64,000 nucleotides of DNA. Origin: Vicinamibacteria bacterium. GTDB taxonomy: Bacteria > Acidobacteriota > Vicinamibacteria > Marinacidobacterales > Marinacidobacteraceae. The position numbers and the translations under genes were made by a program. The notes under the pieces are model-generated. The model searched no databases and was not told the origin of the DNA. It saw only the letters and a list, made by a program, of their open reading frames with translations. Shown one piece after another: positions 32,188 to 43,315 of the stretch. How positions within the stretch are numbered: the first letter of the stretch is position 1; each line of letters starts with the position of its first letter. The stretch is from the NCBI GenBank assembly GCA_963555995.3, contig OY821641.1:2656001-2720000 (forward strand), read 5' to 3'.

Positions 32188-33972
32188 ATGGCCAGCCGGG
32201 AGGCGTTCCGGGAGCAGGTCCGGGAGTCGAACGACATCGTCGAGGTGGTCGGTGAGGCGGTCGCGCTGCGTCCCGCGGGACCCGGCCGCTTCACGGGGCT
32301 CTGCCCGTTCCACAATGAGACCGCCCCCTCCTTCCAGGTCAACGCCGAGCGGGGCTTCTTTCACTGCTTCGGCTGCAAGGAGAGCGGGGACGTATTCGGC
32401 TTCCTGATGAAGCGCGAGGGGCTGTCGTTCGTGGAAGCCCTCCATCAACTGGCGCGGCGCGCCGGAATCCCGATCCCCGAGACCGACCCGAAGCGGTTCT
32501 CCCGCGACGAAAAGCTCCGGGCCGCCAACCGGAAGGCGCTCGACTACTACCAGCGGGCGCTGCGGAGCGAAGCCGGCCAGCGGGCGCGGACCTATCTCAG
32601 GAAACGCGGCCTCGACGGGGAGACCATCACCGAGCACGGCCTCGGGTTCGCCCCGGACCGCTGGGACGACCTCACGACCACCCTCGAGAAGTCCGGCATC
32701 GCGCGGGCCACCCTGGTCGAAGCGGGCCTCGCCCGCGAGGCGAAGCGCGGCGGGCACCACGACTTCTTCCGGAACCGCCTGATCGTGCCCATCTTCGACG
32801 GCCAGGGGCGCGCGGCCGGCTTTGCGGGCCGGAGCCTCGACGGGTCCGAACCGAAGTACATCAACAGCCCCGACAGCCCCATCTACCGGAAGCGCTCCGT
32901 CCTCTACGGACTGCACCGGGCGCGGAGCACCATCCGCCGGGAGCGCTCCGCCATCCTGTTCGAGGGGTACTTCGACTGCCTCTCGGCGTGGCAGGCGGGG
33001 ATCGGCGGCGCCGTCGCCGTCTGCGGCACGGCGCTCACGCCCGATCACGCGAAGCTCCTCTCCGCCCAGACCCGCGACATCGTCCTCGCCTTCGACGCCG
33101 ACGCCGGAGGCCGGCGCGCCACCCTGGCGAGCCTCCCGATCCTGCTGGAAGCCCAGCTCCGGGTGCGGGTGGCCCCCCTCTCCGGGGGCCGCGACCCCGA
33201 CGACATCATTCGCGAGGACGGCGCGGACGCCTTTCGGGAGGCGCTCCGGAAGGCGCCGGCGTTCGTGGAGTTCCTCGTCGAGGAGGCCCGGGAGCGGGCC
33301 CGCTCCCGGGCGGGGCGCGTGGCCGCGGTCCAGGAAGTACTCGAAATCATCGCCAGCGCCCCGAACCGCCTGGACCGCGAGGAATGGCTCACCGAGGCCG
33401 CCGGCTCGCTCGGCTTCTCGCTGGAAAGCGCCTGGCAGGAGATGGCGCGGCTCGAGAGCCGGCCCACCCGGGGGAGACCACTGCAAGAGAGCGACGGGGC
33501 CGACGAGGGCTCCACCCCCGCCGGGCCGCGGCCCTCACCGACCCCGGCCGAACGCGACCTGATCCGCTGGGCGGATGCCAAACCCGACAGGGCAGCCACG
33601 GTCCTCGAAGGGGCGGAGACCAAGGACCTCGAGGGGTTCGCCAGTTCGGACCTGCTGCTCGACCTGAAGCAGGCCGCCGCGGGCGGTGGCCCTCGGCTCG
33701 CGGACCGGATACAGGAGTTGCTCGCCGGCGAACCTACCGGCGGGCAGCAGCTCCTGATCGAGGTCCTGGAGCACCCGGTGAGTCTCAACACGGAGAAGCA
33801 GAGTCCCGAGGACTGCCTCGACGCACTGAGGGAGCCGAGGCTGCGCGACCGGCAAGCGACGCTCCGTGGCGTGGTCCGCACCGGTGGCGACGAGGCGACC
33901 GAGGCCCTCGCGGAACTGCAGCGGATCAACGAGGAGATTGACCGGCTGCGGCGTGGCCGATCCACACCCTGA
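32188..33972 (+). CDS. dnaG: DNA primase
   Basis: CPFH...CFGC zinc finger, PKYINSP, EGYFD and TOPRIM FDADAGG motifs. Confidence 0.97.
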   Translation: MASREAFREQVRESNDIVEVVGEAVALRPAGPGRFTGLCPFHNETAPSFQVNAERGFFHCFGCKESGDVFGFLMKREGLSFVEALHQLARRAGIPIPETDPKRFSRDEKLRAANRKALDYYQRALRSEAGQRARTYLRKRGLDGETITEHGLGFAPDRWDDLTTTLEKSGIARATLVEAGLAREAKRGGHHDFFRNRLIVPIFDGQGRAAGFAGRSLDGSEPKYINSPDSPIYRKRSVLYGLHRARSTIRRERSAILFEGYFDCLSAWQAGIGGAVAVCGTALTPDHAKLLSAQTRDIVLAFDADAGGRRATLASLPILLEAQLRVRVAPLSGGRDPDDIIREDGADAFREALRKAPAFVEFLVEEARERARSRAGRVAAVQEVLEIIASAPNRLDREEWLTEAAGSLGFSLESAWQEMARLESRPTRGRPLQESDGADEGSTPAGPRPSPTPAERDLIRWADAKPDRAATVLEGAETKDLEGFASSDLLLDLKQAAAGGGPRLADRIQELLAGEPTGGQQLLIEVLEHPVSLNTEKQSPEDCLDALREPRLRDRQATLRGVVRTGGDEATEALAELQRINEEIDRLRRGRSTP

Positions 33973-34295
33973 CCACGGCGCGTGACGTTCGACCCGGCTT
34001 TGGCGCCGGGCGGTACCGGGTTTGTACATGCTAGAGTGCCCGGTTGCTGTTTGGCGTTGCCTGGCCGGCGAATCGAACGGGCTGGACGCCGGACCGATCC
34101 GAACTTGCCCGCCTCTGCTGTCCGTTCCCGCCGGGAATTGCCTTTTTGGAGAGTTTGCGGAATCCGTCTGTACCCGGGCGCGGCAAACCGAATGAGCCAG
34201 CCGGCGAACACCCGTTCGCCGGCTGAACCTGTTCCCGGCGCGGAGCCGGGATTTCGGAAAGTCCGTTAGGGACCGCCCTGCCCGGAGGACCAACC

Positions 34296-36047
<1,752 letters not shown>

Positions 36048-36073
36048 GCGGCGCCGGGTCCTTCCGATCGGCC

Positions 36074-36146
36074 GGGCCCATAGCTCAGTGGTCAGAGCGG
36101 CCGGCTCATAACCGGTTGGTCCCAGGTTCAAATCCTGGTGGGCCCA
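36074..36146 (+). tRNA. tRNA with CAT anticodon, probably tRNA-Ile2 (lysidine-modified)
   Basis: GGGCCCA/TGGGCCC acceptor stem, CCGG-CTCATAA-CCGG anticodon arm and GGTTCAAATCC T-loop. Lies downstream of rpoD like ileX. A full CCA end is not encoded. Confidence 0.92.
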
Positions 36147-36233
36147 CCGGCCGGAGTTTCAACACGGTGTGTGGGCGATTCCTCCGCCCGCCCCGGGTTG
36201 CCCGCAGCGCACCCCCTCCGGGAGTCTGAGGCG

Positions 36234-36959
36234 ATGCTTCCCGAGCTGGCGACGCTCCGGGAAGTTCAGGGCTTCGATATACGGCTCGCGGGCTGCGACC
36301 GCGAACTCGCGCGGGTGCCGGGCGTCCTCGACGGCATTGATGCGGAGATCGAGACGGCGAAGTCCCACGTCCATGCGGTGGAGGAGGAGCTGCGCCGGAC
36401 CGGCGCCGAACGCCGCCACGCCGAGACCGAACTCGAAGAGGCCGAGGCGAGCGTGGAGAAGTACGGGGACCAGTTGCTCGGGGCGCGCACCAACGAGGAA
36501 TACAAGGGACTCCAGCAGCAGATCGCCAGCACCAGGACGCGGATCGGGACGATCGAGGACCGGATCCTGGTCCTGATGGAAAAGGCCGACGAGCTGGAAG
36601 AAAAGCTCGCCGACCGCAAGCGGACGTTCGCCGAACGCAGCGCGGTGCTGGAAGCGCGGAAGACCGAGATCCGGACGAAGGCCCGCGAGCAGGAAGCGAA
36701 GCGCGATCAGCTCCGGAAGCGCCGGTCGGCTTCCTTCGCCGGGCTCTCCGAAGAGATCGCGGCCCGCTACGAGCGGATCCGCGGGGCTCGCCGCGGGATT
36801 GCCGTGGCCCCCGTGCGGGACGAGCGTTGCTCCGCGTGCAACGTGCGCCTCCGGCCCCAACTCCTCGAGGAAATCCACGTAGGACAGGCGATCCTGGCCT
36901 GCGAAACCTGCGCCCGCATCCTCTTCTTCGAAGCGGAACCGGCGGCGAAATCGGCATGA
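36234..36959 (+). CDS. Coiled-coil C4 zinc-ribbon protein (DUF164/HP0958-like)
   Basis: Long coiled coil, YERIR, CSAC and CETCARIL. Confidence 0.9.
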   Translation: MLPELATLREVQGFDIRLAGCDRELARVPGVLDGIDAEIETAKSHVHAVEEELRRTGAERRHAETELEEAEASVEKYGDQLLGARTNEEYKGLQQQIASTRTRIGTIEDRILVLMEKADELEEKLADRKRTFAERSAVLEARKTEIRTKAREQEAKRDQLRKRRSASFAGLSEEIAARYERIRGARRGIAVAPVRDERCSACNVRLRPQLLEEIHVGQAILACETCARILFFEAEPAAKSA

Positions 36960-38641
36960 GCCGGTTCCTCAGGGAGCGGGCCGAGCGACGGCGCGCTCGG
37001 GAGACCTGGCTCGACGGGCCGGATACCGGCTTCCCGATTCCCTCCGCGCCGGGCGCGGCGGGGCTCCGGATCGCCGTCGGCTACCCGAACCGCTACGCGC
37101 TCGGGATGTCCAACGTCGGCTTCCAGGCGGTGCACCGCTTCTTCCACCTCCTGCCCGACACGGCGAGCGAGCGGTTCTTCCTTCCCGACCGGGCCGAGCT
37201 GGACGAGTACCGGAGGACCGGGCTCCCCCTGCGCACGCTCGAGAGCGGGAGCCCGGTGCGCGGCTTCGACGTGGTGGCGTTCTCGATCACCTTCGAGCCC
37301 GACGTGGTCCACCTCGTCGAGATGCTCCAGCTCGCCGGGATCCCGCCGCTCGCGGAAGACCGGACCGCCCGGGACCCGCTGGTGATCGCCGGCGGCCCGG
37401 TCACCTTCCTGAACCCGGAGCCGCTCGCCCCCTTCGTGGACGCCTTCGGCGTGGGCGAAGCGGAGGCGCTCCTTCCGGCCCTGACCGAGGTGCTGCAGGC
37501 GGAGACCCGCGGCGCGCGCCTCCGAGGACTCTCAGAGGAGTCCGGGTTCTACGTGCCCGCCACCCACGAGGTCGAATACGCGCCGGACGGCCAGGTGCTC
37601 CGCCGCCGCATCCACGGCGGACATCCGGTGGTGCGGGCCCGGATGGGCAAGGACGCCCGGTTCCCGCCTCCGGCCACCTACATCCTCACCCGCGACACCG
37701 AGATGTCGGACAAGTTCCTGGTCGAGGTGTCGCGCGGCTGTCCGACGCTCTGCCGCTTCTGCTGGGCCGGCTACAACTACCTGCCGAAGCGGTCCTTCGA
37801 GGTGGAGCGGCTGCTGGCGCTCGCCCGCGCCGCCCGCCCCCACACCGACCGCATCGGGCTGGTCTCGACCGCGGTGGGCGCGCACCGGGAGATCGTCCCG
37901 CTGGTCTCGGACCTCCGCGACCAGGGGTTCCGGGTCAGCGTCTCGTCCATCCGCTTCGAGGACGTGCGGGACGAGTTCGCCCGGCCGCTCGCGGAGAGCG
38001 GCGAACGGACGGTCGCCATTGCCCCGGAGGTGGGGACCGACCGGCTGCGCAAGGCCATCCACAAGCGGGTGACCAACGACGAGATCCTCGACAAGACCGG
38101 GACGCTGCTCGAAGCGGGGGTCGAGAACCTGAAGCTCTACCTGATGGTGGGGCTGCCGGGGGAGACCGACACCGACGTGCAGGCCATCGTGCCCCTCGTC
38201 CGCCGCATCCGCGATCTGGTGCGGGCGAAGCGGCGCGGCGGCCGGACCATCGCGAGCGTCAACCCCTTCATCCCGAAACCGGGCACGCCGTTCCAGTGGC
38301 GGCCCATGGCGCCGCTGCCGGTCCTGACCTCCCGCATCCGCTATCTCCAGCGCGAACTGGGAGCGCTCTCCGGCGTCGAGGCGCACTGCAAATCCCCGCG
38401 CATGGAGCGGCTCCAGGCGCTGCTCGCGCTCGGCGACCGCCGCCTCGCCCCGGTCATCCTCGCGCTCGCCGAGGGCCGCGGCCTGAACCGGAGCCTCAAG
38501 GACGCCGGCCTCTCACTCGACGCCTACCTCTACCGCCAGCGGGACCTCGACGAGGAACTCCCCTGGAGCTTCCTCGACACCGGCATGAAGGACACCCTCC
38601 TCAAGGACCAACTCGCCAAAGCCGACCGCCTCGTCGCGTAA
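36956..38641 (+). CDS. Radical SAM protein with B12-binding-like N-terminal domain
   Basis: YPNRYALGMSN, EVSRGCPTLCRFC (CxxxCxxC) and FIPKPGTPFQW. Confidence 0.9.
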   Translation: MSRFLRERAERRRARETWLDGPDTGFPIPSAPGAAGLRIAVGYPNRYALGMSNVGFQAVHRFFHLLPDTASERFFLPDRAELDEYRRTGLPLRTLESGSPVRGFDVVAFSITFEPDVVHLVEMLQLAGIPPLAEDRTARDPLVIAGGPVTFLNPEPLAPFVDAFGVGEAEALLPALTEVLQAETRGARLRGLSEESGFYVPATHEVEYAPDGQVLRRRIHGGHPVVRARMGKDARFPPPATYILTRDTEMSDKFLVEVSRGCPTLCRFCWAGYNYLPKRSFEVERLLALARAARPHTDRIGLVSTAVGAHREIVPLVSDLRDQGFRVSVSSIRFEDVRDEFARPLAESGERTVAIAPEVGTDRLRKAIHKRVTNDEILDKTGTLLEAGVENLKLYLMVGLPGETDTDVQAIVPLVRRIRDLVRAKRRGGRTIASVNPFIPKPGTPFQWRPMAPLPVLTSRIRYLQRELGALSGVEAHCKSPRMERLQALLALGDRRLAPVILALAEGRGLNRSLKDAGLSLDAYLYRQRDLDEELPWSFLDTGMKDTLLKDQLAKADRLVA

Positions 38642-38647
38642 CGGCCC

Positions 38648-38804
38648 GGAGCGCCGGCTTCAGCCGGCACAGCCCGCCGCAGGCGGGCGGCGGGACGGAC
38701 TCATTGGCCGGGATGGCTCCGCTGCGCGCGCCGATGCGCCCGGGTAACGACGAACCGCCCGCGGCCCTGCGGGCCGCGGTGCCGGCTGAAGCCGGCGTTC
38801 CAAG
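38648..38804. repeat. REP doublet type A
   Basis: Inverted copies at 38648-70 and 38779-804, between convergent genes. Confidence 0.88.
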
Positions 38805-38837
38805 CCGGCGGCGCGATCACGGCTGCTGGCCAACCCC

Positions 38838-39662
38838 TCACGACGGGTGGGATGCGTTCACACGGTCAGCGCTCCCCGCCACCACCACCGACCAGTTGCG
38901 CCCCACTCCGGGACCTTCCCGCCGGTAGGAGTGGAACGCCGGCTGGCACCGGGTGCAGAGCGCGATGTCCTCGATGGCGTCCTCCGGCAGGCCCGCCGCG
39001 ACGAGTTGGAGGCGGTTCGCGAGCGCCAGGTCGAGGTGGGGGCGTCCCGCAGCCCGGGGCCGGAGGGCAAACCGGTCCACGTCGTGTTCTTGCTCGCGGA
39101 ATGCGGACACCACTTCGGGACCCACCTCGAAACAGCAGGCGCGGATCGCGGGGCCGATGACGGCCCTGAGCCGCGAAGGGGGAGCACCGGTCTCGGCGGC
39201 CAGCGCGCGGGCGGCCGCTTCGACCACCCACAACAGGGTGCCGCGCCAGCCGGCGTGCGCCCCGGCCACCGCTCCGGAGACGGGGTCGGCGAGCAGCACC
39301 GGAACGCAGTCGGCGGCCTTGATCGCGACGGCGGTTCGGGGGATGCGGCTTACCAGGGCGTCAGCGGTGGCCGGGGCGTCCGGCCGCGCGACGCCGCGTA
39401 GCACCTGCACGTCGTTGCCGTGGACCTGCCGCAGAGCGTGGACGGCCCGAACTCCGGCGGCGCGTTCCAGCAGGTCCAGATCGGCTTCCATCGTGTCGCG
39501 GACGCCGAGTGGCCAGGCATTCGCTTGCCGGGTCCGGACCCGGCAAGTGAAGCCGTGGCGGGCCGGGAACCGGATGGAGGCGAGCACTTCGAGCGGTTCG
39601 GTGGGGCCGAGCGGCTGCCAGCGGAAGCCGTCGGGTGGATTGGGGAAGTGCAGGGAGGTCAA
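38838..39662 (-). CDS. pgeF: Peptidoglycan editing factor / laccase-domain protein PgeF (YfiH)
   Basis: QVHG, AADCVPVL, HAGWRG, IGPAI and SYRR motifs. Downstream of ftsZ. Confidence 0.92.
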   Translation of the reverse strand: MTSLHFPNPPDGFRWQPLGPTEPLEVLASIRFPARHGFTCRVRTRQANAWPLGVRDTMEADLDLLERAAGVRAVHALRQVHGNDVQVLRGVARPDAPATADALVSRIPRTAVAIKAADCVPVLLADPVSGAVAGAHAGWRGTLLWVVEAAARALAAETGAPPSRLRAVIGPAIRACCFEVGPEVVSAFREQEHDVDRFALRPRAAGRPHLDLALANRLQLVAAGLPEDAIEDIALCTRCQPAFHSYRREGPGVGRNWSVVVAGSADRVNASHPS

Positions 39663-39811
39663 CGCTCGACGCCGTGTCCGCGGCCTTCTTCAGGCCGTCA
39701 GGGTGGGTAAGGCCGCGCCGTGCGGGCCGGTGCGAAGGCCCCCACCGGGCGAAACGCTCATGCGCGTGTGCTGCTGCGCATGGCGCGAGTCATGAAGAAC
39801 GGCGGAGACGG

Positions 39812-39972
39812 CTTGGAGCGCCGGCTTCAGCCGGCACCGCGGGCCGAGGCCCGCGGATGTCGTGCCGTTGTTCGCGGTGATGGACCGCGAGCCGAGCGTC
39901 ATCGGGCAGGTCAGCGGTGCGCCGTCCGCTGCGCTTCGCGCGCCGGGTGCCGGCTGAAGCCGGCGTTCCAAG
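39812..39972. repeat. REP doublet type A
   Basis: Inverted copies at 39812-37 and 39947-72. Confidence 0.9.
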
Positions 39973-40023
39973 CCGGCGGCGTCCTCACGGCCCCTGGCGG
40001 TCCCGGCTGACGCGTCACACCTC

Positions 40024-41805
40024 CTAGTTGCGGCGGGTCAGGTAGGGGGGGGTTTCGAGGTCGCCCCAGCGGTCCTCGCCGACGTCCTCGGGAAGGGACA
40101 TCGGCTCGTCAATCACGGGCCGTGAGGCGGAGGCGAAGACGTCGGCGCGTTCCTGGTGGGTCTCGCTCCCGTTCCCCCTCGCTTCCATGCGGTTCGCGTC
40201 GGATTCCGCGATTGTCGGGAAGGTGTCCAGTTTCGGGATGGTTCGGCCGACCCGCCCGCCGGCCCGGTCGGCCGGTCCCGCCGTCCCGGAACGGGCCGCC
40301 GAAGGCATGACGTCCCGCTGGCCGAACGTGCCGGTCGCGCGGGTGGTGTAGTTCGCGAAATCGTTGGGGGTCGCGTTCGCGCGGTTCCGGTCCGGGAACC
40401 CGGTGGCGACCACCGTCACCTTGATCTGGCCGGTCGCGTCCATGCTCGGGTCGAGCGCCGTCCCGATCAGGATGTTGTCTCCCGGCTCGGGGTCCGCGGA
40501 TCCGTAGATCCCGGTTCCCTCGGGCGCCACGGCGTCCCGGACGACCTCGACGGCGCGCTGCACCTCGTTCAGCGTCAGGCTCTCGCCCCCCGTGACGTTG
40601 ACGACGATGCTCGTCGCGCCCTGAATCGAGGTGTCTTCGAGCAGCGGCGAAGAGATGGCCGCTTCCGTGGCCTCCTCGACGCGGTGCTCGCCCGAGGCCT
40701 GCCCGATGCCCATGACCGCGTCTCCGCGCAACCGCATGGCGGAGCGGACGTCGGCGAAGTCCAGGTTGATCTCCCCCGGGACCTGGATCAGGTCCGAGAT
40801 CCCCTGAACGGCCTGCCGCACCACGTCGTCCGCGCTTCGGAACGCGTCCCGGATCTTGAGGTTCCCGTACACCGCGACGACCCGGTCGTTCGGAACGCAG
40901 ATGAGGGTGTCCACGAACTCGCGGAGTTCGCGAATGCCGTCGTTGGCCGCCGTCATGCGCCGCTTGCCCTCGACGGTCATCGGTTTGGTCGCCACCGCGA
41001 TGCAGAGGGCCTTGATCTCCTGGGCCACGCAGGCGATCACCGGCGCCGCGCCGGTACCCGTGCCGCCTCCCTCACCCACGGTGATGAAGACCATGTCGGC
41101 GCCCGCCAGCACGTCAATGAGACGGTCCATGTCGTCGCGCGCCGCCAGCCGTCCCACTTCCGGATCGCCGCCGCAGCCGAGTCCACCGGTCCGCTCGGTT
41201 CCCAACTGGATCTTCACGGGCGCATTCGACAGATCGAGTACCTGCGCGTCGGTGTTCGCCGCGATGAAGTCAACGCCGGTCACCCCGGCCTCGATCATCC
41301 GGTTGACGGCGTTGCCGCCGCCGCCGCCGACGCCGATGACCTTGATGACGGCTCGTTTCTCCGTCACGTCGCTGGCCGCCCCGACCGGCGGCGGCGCCGT
41401 CACGGCGACCGGAGCGGAGGCAGCCGCGGGTTCCTGCATCCCGGCCGGCGGCTCCCCGGCGCCCGCTGCCGATGCCTCGGCCGCCGCTACCGGTTCCTCG
41501 GCCGCGGCTGCCGGTTCCTCGGCTGCCGCGGCTGTTGCCTCCGCGCTCGCCGCCGATTCCTCGGCGGCGGCCGGCGGCTCCGCCGGCTCGGAAACGGCGG
41601 CTTCCGGCGGCGCGGCCTCCGGGGCGCCGGACCTCGCCTCCGGGGCGGCATCCGCGCCGGCAAAGAGCGCGGGCTGCGCTACGGGGGCCGTTTCCGCTGC
41701 CGTTTCCGGCAGTGCGTCCTGGGACTCGGCGGCCTTTCCGGCTTCCGTGGGGCCGGCTTCGGGATCGCTGGCCTTGGGTGCTGGTTCTTCGGCGAAGAAG
41801 ATCAT
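40024..41805 (-). CDS. ftsZ: Cell division protein FtsZ with long N-terminal extension
   Basis: IKVIGVGGGGGNAVNRM, GGGTGTG, INLDFAD and C-terminal peptide DLETPPYL. AGGAG RBS before ATG 41805. Confidence 0.96.
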   Translation of the reverse strand: MIFFAEEPAPKASDPEAGPTEAGKAAESQDALPETAAETAPVAQPALFAGADAAPEARSGAPEAAPPEAAVSEPAEPPAAAEESAASAEATAAAAEEPAAAAEEPVAAAEASAAGAGEPPAGMQEPAAASAPVAVTAPPPVGAASDVTEKRAVIKVIGVGGGGGNAVNRMIEAGVTGVDFIAANTDAQVLDLSNAPVKIQLGTERTGGLGCGGDPEVGRLAARDDMDRLIDVLAGADMVFITVGEGGGTGTGAAPVIACVAQEIKALCIAVATKPMTVEGKRRMTAANDGIRELREFVDTLICVPNDRVVAVYGNLKIRDAFRSADDVVRQAVQGISDLIQVPGEINLDFADVRSAMRLRGDAVMGIGQASGEHRVEEATEAAISSPLLEDTSIQGATSIVVNVTGGESLTLNEVQRAVEVVRDAVAPEGTGIYGSADPEPGDNILIGTALDPSMDATGQIKVTVVATGFPDRNRANATPNDFANYTTRATGTFGQRDVMPSAARSGTAGPADRAGGRVGRTIPKLDTFPTIAESDANRMEARGNGSETHQERADVFASASRPVIDEPMSLPEDVGEDRWGDLETPPYLTRRN

Positions 41806-41837
41806 GAGTTCACTCCTCGGGGTGGGGGGTAACAGCC

Positions 41838-42018
41838 TGTGGATAAAGTGACGTGAGCACCGAGAACGGCGAGGCGCCCGGCTGACAAGGCGCGTGAGGG
41901 AGGAATACCGAGCGTATTCCGACCGAAACGCAACGATGAGGGCCGCGTAGCGGCCTGGTTCAGCCGGGATGCATCGCCGTTCGAATGCCGCGTGACTTTG
42001 TTCACAGGCTGTTGACAG
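41838..42018. promoter_or_regulatory. DnaA boxes in the ftsA-ftsZ intergenic region
   Basis: Perfect TGTGGATAA at 41838-46. TTGTTCACA-GGC-TGTTGACAG back-to-back pair at 41998-42018. Confidence 0.55.
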
Positions 42019-42028
42019 GGCAAAGTGG

Positions 42029-43315
42029 TCATTGGGCTTTCCGGAGGTGACCGGCGACCCGCCGCAGACCGTCACCGATGGCGCGGCCCATTTCCGAGAG
42101 CGCGGAGCGGGATCTGGCCGCGGGGGTGCGCCGGCGGTGCAGGAGGCCGTAGCGGCAGAGGCCCATGGCGCAGGCGAAGTCCGGGCGCGTCGCCAGATCG
42201 CGCCGGCCGGTCAGGTCCTGGGGACCGCGACTCTCGGCGTAGGCGCCGAAGACCAGGCGCGCCACGTCGCTCAATCCGTCGAGGTTCGCTCCGCCTCCGG
42301 TGATCACCACGGCGCCGGGGATCTCCCGGAGCACGCGGCCCAACTGGTCGCGAATCCTGGTGAGATCGCTCTCCGCCCGCCGCTGCAGGACATCGGCGAG
42401 CAGTCGGCGGCGCCACTGCTTGGGGTAGCCGCCCCCCGAGACCTGGATTTCGAAGTAGTCGTCCTCGGGGACCTTTTCCACGAGCGCGACGCCGTAACGC
42501 CGCTTGGCCTGCTCGGCGTGGGCGTGGGAGGTCTTGAGGCCGAGCGCGAGGTCCCGCGTGTACGCCCGGCCGCCGCTCGGCATCAGGTCCGAATGCCGCA
42601 TCGCTCCCTGCCGGAACACCGCGATCTCGGTCGTCATGGCGCCGACGTCGAGCAGGACGACGCCGTCCTGCCGCTCCTCCCCGGTAAGGACGGCGTGGCC
42701 GGCGGCCAGCGGGGCGGCCACCAGGCGCTCGATGCGGATGCCGGCGCCGTTCACCGCCTCTTCGATGCGGTGCAGGGTGTCGCGGGGACAGCTCACCAGG
42801 TGGACGTGGGATTCGATCTTCTCGCCCGTCCAGCCCGTCGGGTTCTCGGTGGAATCGAGGTCGTCCACCCAGAACTCCTGGGGGAGCGCGTGCAGCAGCT
42901 CGTACGGGGGGCGGAGCCACGCCGTCCCGCCGTCCCTCGGCACCGCCGCCATGACGGCCCGGTAGACATCGGACTCGGCGATGCGGTGGTCCGGCGTCAG
43001 GATCGAGATCGCGCCGGACGAGTTGATGCTGCGGCGGGTGCGGCTGCCCACCGAGACGAAGGCCGACCCCACCTCCACGCCGGCGGTCTGCTCGACTTCC
43101 TCGACCGCCTGCCGGACCGCTTCCGTGACCCCTCCCAGCCGTACGACCTCGCCGTGCTGGACCGAATTCCGCGACTCCGCCTGTCCGACCGCGAGCACCT
43201 CGATCTCCATCCCCTCCTCCGTTCCGGAGAGAGCCTCGGGCCCGCGGGCGAGCACCGTGCGCACGTGATCGGATCCGATGTCAATGCCGCAGAGCAGATC
43301 CGCCGGCCTCGTCAT
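42029..43315 (-). CDS. ftsA: Cell division protein FtsA
   Basis: GIDIGS, LLHALPQEFWVD, LLDVGAMTT and VITGGGANL motifs, plus gene position. Confidence 0.95.
   Translation of the reverse strand: MTRPADLLCGIDIGSDHVRTVLARGPEALSGTEEGMEIEVLAVGQAESRNSVQHGEVVRLGGVTEAVRQAVEEVEQTAGVEVGSAFVSVGSRTRRSINSSGAISILTPDHRIAESDVYRAVMAAVPRDGGTAWLRPPYELLHALPQEFWVDDLDSTENPTGWTGEKIESHVHLVSCPRDTLHRIEEAVNGAGIRIERLVAAPLAAGHAVLTGEERQDGVVLLDVGAMTTEIAVFRQGAMRHSDLMPSGGRAYTRDLALGLKTSHAHAEQAKRRYGVALVEKVPEDDYFEIQVSGGGYPKQWRRRLLADVLQRRAESDLTRIRDQLGRVLREIPGAVVITGGGANLDGLSDVARLVFGAYAESRGPQDLTGRRDLATRPDFACAMGLCRYGLLHRRRTPAARSRSALSEMGRAIGDGLRRVAGHLRKAQ

Noticed and set aside
33973-34295. ncRNA or small ORF between dnaG and rpoD
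   Set aside because: No convincing structure or coding signal by eye. Probably an rpoD promoter and leader.
36074-36146. Initiator tRNA-Met, or a prophage integration site at the tRNA
   Set aside because: It has a G1-C72 pair and lacks the GGG/CCC anticodon stem. No integrase or duplicated 3' end is seen nearby.
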